Position numbers and translations under genes: made by a program
Notes under the pieces: model-generated
The model's database searches: none
What the model saw: the letters and a program-made list of their open reading frames with translations, nothing else
Told to the model about the DNA's origin: nothing
Part shown: positions 56,525-64,000 of the stretch, piece by piece
How the letters are laid out: the number at the start of each line of letters is the position of its first letter
How positions within the stretch are numbered: the stretch's first letter is position 1
NCBI GenBank assembly: GCA_039931165.1
Contig: JBDTSL010000001.1
Coordinates: forward strand, 2,214 to 66,213
Source: Candidatus Doudnabacteria bacterium
Lineage (GTDB): Bacteria; Patescibacteriota; Doudnabacteria; UBA920; O2-02-FULL-48-8
Length of the DNA: 64,000 nt
Direction of reading: 5' to 3'

Positions 56525-58041
56525 TGCCGGACATGAATAAAAAAACTTCCTCGATGTGGCTGTATCCAATAATTATTTTGGGCGGAGTTTTGCGCTACTA
56601 CAACAATACGGCGGTGGCGCTTTGGCATGACGAAGCCTTCTCCGCGCTGTATATCCGTTATCCAATTGGCGAAATGATGCACCGCATCACCCTGGATGTG
56701 CACCCGCCGCTTTACTATTGGGTCTTGAGGTTGTGGAGCTATGTTTTCGGCTCAGGCCTTCTGTCCCTGCGCTCGCTTTCGATATTATTCGGGATTCTGA
56801 CAATTTACGCCTGTTATCTGTTTGTGAAAGAAGCTTTCCAAAACGAAAAATTGGCAATTTTGGCAAGTTTTTTTCTGGCCATCAACCCGTTTCAGATCCA
56901 GTATTCGCTTGAGGCCAGAATGTACACTTTAGGAACCTTTCTTATCCTCTTTTCCTCTTATCTTCTGATCCGGGCCCTCAATTCAAATAAAACTTCGGTC
57001 TGGGCCGCCTATGCTGTTATTACCGCGGCTTGTTTTTATACGCACTACTTTTTATTTTTCTCAGTTGCCGCCCAAGGCCTTTATTTTCTTTATTGGCTTT
57101 GGCAGCAAAAAAGGTTCACTCTCAATTTTAAAAAAGATAATCTGACGCTGAAAGGATTGGGGAGTTATCTGTTGAGCCTGATAATTTTTTTGCCTTGGGT
57201 GCCGACTTTGCTGGCCCAGGTACAAAGGGTGGAAAAATCCTTCTGGATCCCGGCTCCGGACCGATGGTCGATTCCCTCAACGATTTGGAAAATGGCCTTC
57301 GGCGGCCAGGGCAATGACCATATAACTCTAGCCGTGATAACACTGGTCGCGATAGGGCTGATCATCTATTATTTCAGGGAATCAGCGCCTCCTGCCAGAT
57401 GGTTTATCATGCTCGGGGTTGCTGTGCCTTTTGTCATATCCCTCTTGCTTTCGTTCAGGCAGGCGATCTATCAGGACCGCTACTTCGTGTTCGCCTCTTT
57501 ATACTTCACTATCCTGATAGCGGGCACAATCTATGTGGTGCCGAAATACACCACCAGAAGAACGCTGACATTTTTGTTAGCCGCTTTCTCGATCGTGATA
57601 TTTTTTAAAAACTGGAACGACCTGGGCGTTAAAAATTTATTTATTAACCGCGAAATAAACCACAAGCCCGGCATGGCAGCCGCGGCTTTGGTGATCAACA
57701 GCGAAGCCAAGCTTGGGAACAAAATTTATATCGGTTCAAGCTTCGTTTACTTTACCTTCCGCTACTATAATAAAACCTCAATTCATCCCCTGCTTTATTC
57801 AAACGAACCGCTGAAAAACCTGCCGCACTTTTCCGGCACCGCGCTTCTCAACGACGACGACCTGATCATGGACTTCGGCCAGGCCAAGAAAAACGACACG
57901 GTCTGGCTTCTGTGGACCACCGGTTTCGGCGGATCGAAACCCAATGTCCCCGGCACATGGCTAAAAATTGACGAAAAAAGCTTCGGTGATACACCTGGTT
58001 TCAAGGGCGATATTTACGTGACCCAATACCGAGCAGGATAG
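56524..58041 (+). CDS. GT39/GT83-family (ArnT/PMT-like) membrane glycosyltransferase, paralog
   Basis: ALWHDEAFSALY DE motif, 505 aa, polytopic. Start overlaps the upstream stop. Confidence 0.6.
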   Translation: MPDMNKKTSSMWLYPIIILGGVLRYYNNTAVALWHDEAFSALYIRYPIGEMMHRITLDVHPPLYYWVLRLWSYVFGSGLLSLRSLSILFGILTIYACYLFVKEAFQNEKLAILASFFLAINPFQIQYSLEARMYTLGTFLILFSSYLLIRALNSNKTSVWAAYAVITAACFYTHYFLFFSVAAQGLYFLYWLWQQKRFTLNFKKDNLTLKGLGSYLLSLIIFLPWVPTLLAQVQRVEKSFWIPAPDRWSIPSTIWKMAFGGQGNDHITLAVITLVAIGLIIYYFRESAPPARWFIMLGVAVPFVISLLLSFRQAIYQDRYFVFASLYFTILIAGTIYVVPKYTTRRTLTFLLAAFSIVIFFKNWNDLGVKNLFINREINHKPGMAAAALVINSEAKLGNKIYIGSSFVYFTFRYYNKTSIHPLLYSNEPLKNLPHFSGTALLNDDDLIMDFGQAKKNDTVWLLWTTGFGGSKPNVPGTWLKIDEKSFGDTPGFKGDIYVTQYRAG

Positions 58042-58122
58042 CTGTAACTATTGCCTGAGTTCCTCGATTCATTATTATAGTATTCAAAAGGTCGATTAAA
58101 TAACCAGAAACCTCAATAATGT

Positions 58123-58551
58123 ATGAAGAAATTTATTATTTCCGCGGCAGTCGGAACCATGATGTTGGCGGCTCTTCCTGTTTTTGCTGAAAACTCCAAT
58201 TCCAGGACCCCAACCCAGCTAACTACGGTTGACTTAGCCTGCGCTCAGACTGCTGTAAACACCCGTGAAGCAGCTGTTATTGCAGCCGTATCGGCGCATT
58301 CCGGCTCCTGGACCGCGGCTTTGCAGGCACGCCAGACAGCGCTCAACACCGCCTGGGGCCTGTCGGACACCACCGCACGGAGAGCGGCGATCAATGCCGC
58401 ATTGAAGACATATAAGACAGCGCATAAAGCTACTCAAACCGCTTTCAACAAGGCTCAAAGAGATGCCTGGACTGCTTTCAAAACAGCGGCAAAAACTTGC
58501 CATATCAGCTCGAGGGACGACTCATCCGGTTTTAGCTTGGACAATCGGTAA
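58123..58551 (+). CDS. Secreted Ala/Thr-rich hypothetical protein
   Basis: Signal peptide MKKFIISAAVGTMMLAALPVFA, then repetitive helical A/T/Q-rich sequence. The ORF is GC-richer than its surroundings. Followed by a terminator. Confidence 0.45.
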   Translation: MKKFIISAAVGTMMLAALPVFAENSNSRTPTQLTTVDLACAQTAVNTREAAVIAAVSAHSGSWTAALQARQTALNTAWGLSDTTARRAAINAALKTYKTAHKATQTAFNKAQRDAWTAFKTAAKTCHISSRDDSSGFSLDNR

Positions 58552-58565
58552 TATCTGAAATAAAA

Positions 58566-58594
58566 AACCGTCCCGGTTAACGGGGCGGTTTTTT
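58566..58594 (+). terminator. Rho-independent terminator (ccgtcccg-gttaa-cggggcgg + T7)
   Basis: 8-bp GC-rich stem with one G-U pair, then a T-run. Confidence 0.7.
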
Positions 58595-58653
58595 AAATTT
58601 ACTGATCGATTTTGACGCCGAGATGTAATTGCTTTGAGCATAATTATTGGCTT

Positions 58654-59616
58654 TTATGGTTTGACCGCATCGGTATTGGATCCAGCCACATCGGGCTGGG
58701 GCTGTTGGCTGCAGGCGCTGGCCTGGAAGCAATAATAGGCCCATTTCGCCAGTCGAAGGTCTATGTAGGCCAGGCGAGGGCGGTCTTTGGGAGCTATCTG
58801 CTTATTTAGCAATACCGATAAATTATTCAGTTGTGTAACCACCGAACGGGTGGTATCAAACATCACTGACCAGCCTTCGGAGGAAATAAACTGCACATCG
58901 GTGCTTTTCTTCCCAGGAAATTTTATCTGAGTGATCGGCGTTGAGATCTTACCGTTCCATTGCCGGGTCATAGACAGCACGAATGCGGCCAGTTTGGAAT
59001 TAGCCAGAACCTCGCCGGACGCAAAGGCTTCGGTCAACTGGTCGTTGACCACTAGTTTGCTGCCCGGAGTATCTATCTGCGAAACTACGGTTCCGTCCTC
59101 ATCAACCAGAAAATATTTGCCGTTCGATTCGATCACAAACCCCGGCACTCGTTCTTTGATCTCGATTGCGATGCTATTCGGCCAGATCCTCCGATAACCC
59201 GTAACTTCTTTGATCGTCGGCAGTGCCTGGGTTAAAAGTTTATTCACGCGGCCCTTGGTTAAAAGAAAAAAAATGTTTTTTCGGATGAGCATTAAACGGG
59301 ATTGTCCGGCCTGGGAGATGACATCCGCGATTGCCTGTGAGGAAATCTGGACGTTTCCAGAAACAGAAACATTTGTAACGACAAAAGTGGAAGAAATACA
59401 TAAATAATAAATTATCGCAGCCAAACCAAGAAAGATTACAGCCTGCCATAATTTCGAACCAAGCCCTATTTTGGCCATAAACCTGTTGAAACGGCCCTGA
59501 GGATTTGGGGTAAAAACACGCTTGTAATTGGCCGCCTGTTTTATCTTATTCCGAAAACCCCGGCCGCCAAACCGCCGTTTCGGCTCCAATTTTCTTCTGT
59601 GGGTGGAAAAAATCAT
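58654..59616 (-). CDS. ftsQ: Cell division protein FtsQ/DivIB (POTRA domain)
   Basis: Basic N-terminus, single TM, a POTRA-like beta domain. Lies immediately downstream of ddl, as in dcw clusters. Confidence 0.6.
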   Translation of the reverse strand: MIFSTHRRKLEPKRRFGGRGFRNKIKQAANYKRVFTPNPQGRFNRFMAKIGLGSKLWQAVIFLGLAAIIYYLCISSTFVVTNVSVSGNVQISSQAIADVISQAGQSRLMLIRKNIFFLLTKGRVNKLLTQALPTIKEVTGYRRIWPNSIAIEIKERVPGFVIESNGKYFLVDEDGTVVSQIDTPGSKLVVNDQLTEAFASGEVLANSKLAAFVLSMTRQWNGKISTPITQIKFPGKKSTDVQFISSEGWSVMFDTTRSVVTQLNNLSVLLNKQIAPKDRPRLAYIDLRLAKWAYYCFQASACSQQPQPDVAGSNTDAVKP

Positions 59617-60644
59617 TCTTTATCCAATGCCAGGCCGATTAATTTATCCAAAAACTGCGGGTAAGAGATCCCAGCGGCTTTGGCAGACTTGGGAGTCAAT
59701 GAATTGGCGGTCATACCGGGAATGGTGTTGATCTCCAAAAAATAAATTTGCCCGTTGTCCTTGACAATAAAATCCGACCGGCTGACCCCGCGGCAACCCA
59801 GAAGTTTGTGTATCAAAACTGCCCGCTCTTGAAGATTCTTGGCCAATGATCGGGGAATATGCGCCGGGACTATTTCATCGGAATAATCCGGATTGTATTT
59901 TGCGCGAAAATCAAAAAACTCCGAGCCTCGCTTCGGCAAGATTTCAATTACAGGAAGTGCCTGCAATTTTTGGTTCCCCAACACCGGCACGGTCAATTCC
60001 CGGCCCGACAGATATTCCTCGATCAATATTTCACTGTCGTGTTCAAAAGCCCGCCGGATCCCTGCTTTAATTTCTTTTTTGCTTTTTGCGATGGTCACGC
60101 CCAGGGACGAACCGATGCGATTGGGCTTAATGACCAGTTTCCCGTGCAATTTGTTCAAATATTTTTTAGAGTTTTTCCGATATTCTTCGCTGTTCAAAAT
60201 AACATGCGGTGCTACCAAAATTCCTTCTGAAGCCACGACTCTTTTGGTTTTAGCTTTATCCATAGCCAGCGCTGAGGCCAAAATTCCTGAACCGGTGTAT
60301 TTTACCCCCAGAGACTGCAGAACTCCCTGAATGGTGCCGTCTTCGCCTCCTGGCCCGTGCAGGGCCAAGAAAGCGACATCGATCTTTCCCTGTGAATTTT
60401 TATCTATCGGCACAATTTCGCGGTTTGATGAGATTTTTTTCGTATACCCTAATTTCTCAATCTGCTTGATTGTCGGACTGCTGATCAACCATTGGCCTTT
60501 TTCTGAAATTTCAACCGGGGTCACGTCATATTTTTTTTTGCTGAGATTTTCGGCCACATTTTTTCCCGACTTCAAAGAAATCTCCCTCTCTTGAGAAGTC
60601 CCGCCAAAAATCAAGGCGATTCTAAGTTTTTTCTTATGTCTCAT
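59613..60644 (-). CDS. ddl: D-alanine--D-alanine ligase
   Basis: 343 aa with an ATP-grasp fold. N-terminus IALIFGGTSQEREISLKSG, C-terminus EINTIPGMT. Confidence 0.9.
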   Translation of the reverse strand: MRHKKKLRIALIFGGTSQEREISLKSGKNVAENLSKKKYDVTPVEISEKGQWLISSPTIKQIEKLGYTKKISSNREIVPIDKNSQGKIDVAFLALHGPGGEDGTIQGVLQSLGVKYTGSGILASALAMDKAKTKRVVASEGILVAPHVILNSEEYRKNSKKYLNKLHGKLVIKPNRIGSSLGVTIAKSKKEIKAGIRRAFEHDSEILIEEYLSGRELTVPVLGNQKLQALPVIEILPKRGSEFFDFRAKYNPDYSDEIVPAHIPRSLAKNLQERAVLIHKLLGCRGVSRSDFIVKDNGQIYFLEINTIPGMTANSLTPKSAKAAGISYPQFLDKLIGLALDKE

Positions 60645-61729
60645 TTCAAAATCCTAGGGATCAAGGGATTAATTCTAGCTACAACTTCGTAGTTTATCGT
60701 GTCTATTGTTTTAGCCAATTCGTCCGCGCTGATTTCGGCTCCGATCAACTCGACTTTGTCTCCTGCCCTAACTTTCTTGAGATCAGTAACATCAACCATG
60801 GTCAGATTCATGCAGACCCGGCCCAAAATTTTACAGCGTTTGCCGTTTATCAAAACTTGGCCGTTGTTGGAAAACCTCCGGTCAAAGCCGTCAAAATAGC
60901 CGATCGGCAAAACCGCAAGTTTGGTCGCGCGCCTGGTTTGATAAGTTAAATCATAGCCAACGAAAGCTCCTTTTGGCAATGCTTTCACTTGAATCACTTG
61001 GGTTTGCCATGACAGCACCGGCCTCACGGCAAATTTTGCTTTTTTGCGCGTAAAATCCGACGGCCATAGTCCGTACAAACCTATTCCCAGCCTTACCATA
61101 TCATGCCGGCCTGCTGCGCTGACAATTCCTGCGGCAGTACAGGCAATATGCTTGATCGGAACAATTCCCCGCCATTCCAATTCCTCGATCACCGTGTTAA
61201 ACCCGAGGTTTTGTTTGTGGGTAAATTCCAAATTTTCTTCGGATGCCGCAAAGTGAGAAAACACTCCTTCGATCTTTAAATTCGGCAATCGGAGCAGTTT
61301 GTCCGCAAAAAAAGCAACATCGGCCGGTAGTATTCCAAGCCTGGATGTGCCGGTATCGACTTTCAGATGAATTCTTGCAGTCTTTTTTAATTTTTTGGCC
61401 GCAGCCGAAATCAGCCTGGCTTGTTTTATATCGTAAACTGCTAGGGAAACGTTTCTTTTGATTAAATCCGGGATTTCAAACGGGTCATAAAAACTCAAAA
61501 CCAAGATAGGTTTTTTGATGCCGGTTTGGCGCAAAGACAAGGCCTCGAGGCCCGAAGCCACGCCAAACCAATCTGTTTCTCTTTCGATAGCCGAAGAAAC
61601 CAAGTCTATTCCGTGGCCATAAGCATTGCTTTTGACCACTGCCATGATCTGAGTATCACCAACAGCACGCCGATAGGCGCGCAGATTGTGAACCAAAGCG
61701 GATTTGCTGATTATAACTTTTGAGGACAT
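60641..61729 (-). CDS. alr: Alanine racemase
   Basis: PLP site AVVKSNAYGHG. 362 aa. Confidence 0.9.
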   Translation of the reverse strand: MSSKVIISKSALVHNLRAYRRAVGDTQIMAVVKSNAYGHGIDLVSSAIERETDWFGVASGLEALSLRQTGIKKPILVLSFYDPFEIPDLIKRNVSLAVYDIKQARLISAAAKKLKKTARIHLKVDTGTSRLGILPADVAFFADKLLRLPNLKIEGVFSHFAASEENLEFTHKQNLGFNTVIEELEWRGIVPIKHIACTAAGIVSAAGRHDMVRLGIGLYGLWPSDFTRKKAKFAVRPVLSWQTQVIQVKALPKGAFVGYDLTYQTRRATKLAVLPIGYFDGFDRRFSNNGQVLINGKRCKILGRVCMNLTMVDVTDLKKVRAGDKVELIGAEISADELAKTIDTINYEVVARINPLIPRILK

Positions 61730-61774
61730 GGATTAGATCACCACGCGACGGCAAATATCATACCTGCTTAACCG

Positions 61775-61850
61775 TCGCTCGCGAATTCGCATTTGCGAGG
61801 AGCCGCTTTTTTACCTAAAAGGTCAGCTTCGGCGGCAACGAAGCAATCTA
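61775..61850 (-). repeat. Family-1 element, copy d (inverted orientation, most divergent)
   Basis: Minus strand reads AGATTGCTTCGTTG-CCGCCGAAG...GCGG-CTCCTCGCAAA-TGCGAATTCGCGAG. It abuts the serS stop codon. Confidence 0.5.
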
Positions 61851-63155
61851 TTATTTTTTGATCACATCAAACCCCGTGTATTTCTGCAGCACTTCCGGAA
61901 CTTCCACCGACCCATCGGCTTGCTGGTAATTTTCCAGGATCGCGATCAAAACTCTGGGCATGGCCAGTGCAGTCGCGTCATTCGTATGCACCAGAACATT
62001 TTCTCCTTTTTCGGATTTTAGCTTGATGTTCAGCCGCCGGGACTGAAAATCAGTCATCATGTCGGCGGTATGAGTCTCCCGGTAGGTTTTTTGGCTTGGG
62101 ATCCAGACCTCCATATCAACCCCTCGGGCATTTGGCATGCCGATATCAGCCGTACACTTCAGCAATTTTCTGTACGGCAGATCCAGGGCCTGCAAAATAT
62201 GCTCTTCGATGGCGATCAGGAACAAGTGCTCTTTAAAAGAATCCGAAGCGGCGGTAAAAGATTCCATTTCCAGCTTGTCGAACTGGTGCACCCTTAGGAT
62301 TCCTTTCACATCCTTGCCATATGAGCCTGATTCCCGCCTGAAAGAGGTAGAATAGCCGATATATCGCAAAGGCAGATCTGAGGCCTTTAAAACCTCATCC
62401 ATATGCTTGGAAACCAAAGTATGCTCCGCGCTGCCGATCAAATACAGATCGTCCTTTTGCAGATAATATCTTTCATCTTTATCTTCCTCGCTCAGACGCG
62501 AAGTTTTTACGTATACTTCCGGTTTGATCATGAAAGGCGGGATGACCGGGATAAACGGCTTGGCGGGATATCCTTTTTCCACGGAATTTGCGAGTTTCTT
62601 AAGTTCGGTTTCGTTCAACAACAGGGTGAAGACATAGTTGATCAGGGCAAATTGCAACTGGACCAAGCCTCCGGTCAAATAACCAAATCTGCTCCCTGCG
62701 ACTTTGGCCGCGGACTCCGTGTCGATAAGGTTCAGGTCGTGCCCAAGCTGCATATGATCTTTGGGTTCAAAAGCAAATTTCCTAGGGGCACCCCAAGTAA
62801 AAACCGTTTGATTCTCTCTCTCGTCCTGGCCCACCGGCACGTCTTTCCACGGAATATTCGGGACTTTCAACATTTCGGCCATCCATTGCCTGTCAATCTC
62901 GATAAACTCCAGTTCAAACTTCCCTAGCTCGTCCTTTAAAGCTCTGCTCTGCTCGATCAGCTCGTCTGTTCTGGCTTGTTTCAGCAGCATATTGAGCTCA
63001 TTTCTTTTCGCGCGTAGGTCTTCGATCCTGACCAGCAATTTTCTCCTTTGCTCGTCCAAAGAAAGCAAGTGGTCGATATTAGCCGAAGCTTTTTTGTGTT
63101 CAACCGCTTGTTTTACCTTTTTCGCGTTATCGCGGATAAATTTAATATCGAGCAT
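61851..63155 (-). CDS. serS: Seryl-tRNA synthetase
   Basis: 434 aa with an N-terminal coiled-coil arm and class II motifs (FRRE, GLDMEVWIPSQ). Confidence 0.9.
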   Translation of the reverse strand: MLDIKFIRDNAKKVKQAVEHKKASANIDHLLSLDEQRRKLLVRIEDLRAKRNELNMLLKQARTDELIEQSRALKDELGKFELEFIEIDRQWMAEMLKVPNIPWKDVPVGQDERENQTVFTWGAPRKFAFEPKDHMQLGHDLNLIDTESAAKVAGSRFGYLTGGLVQLQFALINYVFTLLLNETELKKLANSVEKGYPAKPFIPVIPPFMIKPEVYVKTSRLSEEDKDERYYLQKDDLYLIGSAEHTLVSKHMDEVLKASDLPLRYIGYSTSFRRESGSYGKDVKGILRVHQFDKLEMESFTAASDSFKEHLFLIAIEEHILQALDLPYRKLLKCTADIGMPNARGVDMEVWIPSQKTYRETHTADMMTDFQSRRLNIKLKSEKGENVLVHTNDATALAMPRVLIAILENYQQADGSVEVPEVLQKYTGFDVIKK

Positions 63156-63156
63156 A

Positions 63157-63747
63157 TTATTTATTCAGATCCTTAAGAATATCGACTAATTTTTCCAATG
63201 CGTATTTCCGATGGTTTAAAATTTCTTCCTCTTCGTGTGTCAACTCCACCCAATATTTATTGTAATTCGGCAGAAACAGAACGCTGCGGTAAGGAAATTT
63301 ATCAAGTCTTTTGTCGGACGGTTTGGCCGGTATCATACCCACAACCTCGCTGTGCGACGTAAAGACTCCCAACGAACTCGAGAATGCGATTACTATCGAA
63401 TGCTTGGCGCTGCGGTCATACTTTCCTTCCAGCCTTTTGAAAACTTCGGCGATGTTTTGTTCGTCCGTCATCTTGCTTTCATCCCAATTCTTGGATCGGA
63501 TGCCGGGAGCGCCGCCCAGGGCTTCGATCTCGAACCCGCCGACTTCTACCAAACTGGGCAAGCCGGATTTTTCGGCATAATAATTGGCTTTCCTGACCGC
63601 TTCTTCCTCAAAAGAAGTGGCTCTTTCTTCAGGATCCGGAATTTTTAAATCTTGCGCTGAGACAACTTTCAGATCAAGGCCCTTTAGCAAATTGACGTAT
63701 TCGTTCAATTTGGTCTTATTCTCCATGCTGATCAGTATATTCTTCAT
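63157..63747 (-). CDS. Ham1/RdgB-family (non-canonical NTP pyrophosphatase) paralog, divergent
   Basis: The N-terminal half resembles Ham1 (ISMENKTKLNEY...EVGGFEIEALGGAPGIRS). The C-terminal motif NHRKYALEKL is retained, but the canonical PRGxxGFGYDPIF segment is replaced. Confidence 0.45.
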   Translation of the reverse strand: MKNILISMENKTKLNEYVNLLKGLDLKVVSAQDLKIPDPEERATSFEEEAVRKANYYAEKSGLPSLVEVGGFEIEALGGAPGIRSKNWDESKMTDEQNIAEVFKRLEGKYDRSAKHSIVIAFSSSLGVFTSHSEVVGMIPAKPSDKRLDKFPYRSVLFLPNYNKYWVELTHEEEEILNHRKYALEKLVDILKDLNK

Positions 63748-64000
63748 CGTAGCAAATATTCCTTTAATTTTTTAGCCGCGGCAGCCCTCATGGAAGTCGC
63801 GTATTTCTCATCTCTCTCCATCTCGCCATAAGTTTTGTCAGATCCTCTCGGCTGAAATATCGGACCCCAGCCGAAATCCTTGCCGCCTCGGGGTTCTACG
63901 ATCTCGCCGTCGTTTCTGCCTTCAAAAAACTCGATCTCATCCTTGCTTTTCGCGTAACCGAAAATTGTCAGACAGAAAGCTTTGGTGTTCCCCATTTTTT
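63744..64000 (-). CDS. Ham1/RdgB-family dITP/XTP pyrophosphatase, C-terminal part (start beyond window end)
   Basis: Canonical C-terminal segment EGRNDGEIVEPRGGKDFGWGPIFQPRGSDKTYGEMERDEKYATSMRAAAAKKL. The ORF runs off the window. Confidence 0.6.
   Translation of the reverse strand, partial: KMGNTKAFCLTIFGYAKSKDEIEFFEGRNDGEIVEPRGGKDFGWGPIFQPRGSDKTYGEMERDEKYATSMRAAAAKKLKEYLLR

Overview
This 64-kb chromosomal segment is gene-dense (about 60 CDS and 3 tRNAs), with most genes on the minus strand. The gene content points to a small-genome, cell-wall-bearing, probably CPR/Patescibacteria-like bacterium; this is an inference from content and organisation only. Recognised housekeeping blocks are listed here.

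- **F1Fo ATP synthase operon:** atpB-E-F-H-A-G-D, running off the window start.
- **Remodelled dcw cell-wall cluster:** dacA, mraY, an amidohydrolase, murD, ftsW, a DUF4012 protein, murJ, then lepA and ftsB. A second block has ftsQ-ddl-alr-serS.
- **Replication and translation genes:** dnaX, dnaB, recR, cysS, rplU, and tRNA-Thr(CGT), tRNA-Gly(CCC) and tRNA-Gln(TTG).
- **Transporters and glycosylation:** two P-type ATPases, a CorA-like transporter, and a glycan-synthesis cluster (WecA-like, GT2 synthase, two GT39/83-like transferases).

The accessory content is listed here.

1. A five-gene surface-display locus (5.2-12.6 kb) with two sortases, one of them fused to a substrate-like DUF11 region. 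It also holds three paralogous ice-binding-like(DUF3494)+DUF11 adhesins ending in LAATG/FPSTG sorting signals. Two of these share a near-identical ~700-bp segment.
2. A pilin + VirD4/TraG-like ATPase operon (36.2-40.1 kb), plus a second orphan pilin.
3. A tRNA locus in which a complete tRNA-Thr gene sits between two tRNA halves. The inner flanks of the halves are mutually complementary.
4. At least three families of short structured intergenic repeats. Four ~100-nt elements are bounded by TTTGCGAG/CTCGCAAA. Three GCGTATAG-hairpin elements abut stop codons. A CCCCC(A/T)CACCAAAT motif recurs.
5. A zwf-gnd gene fusion.

No CRISPR array, IS element or integrase was seen.
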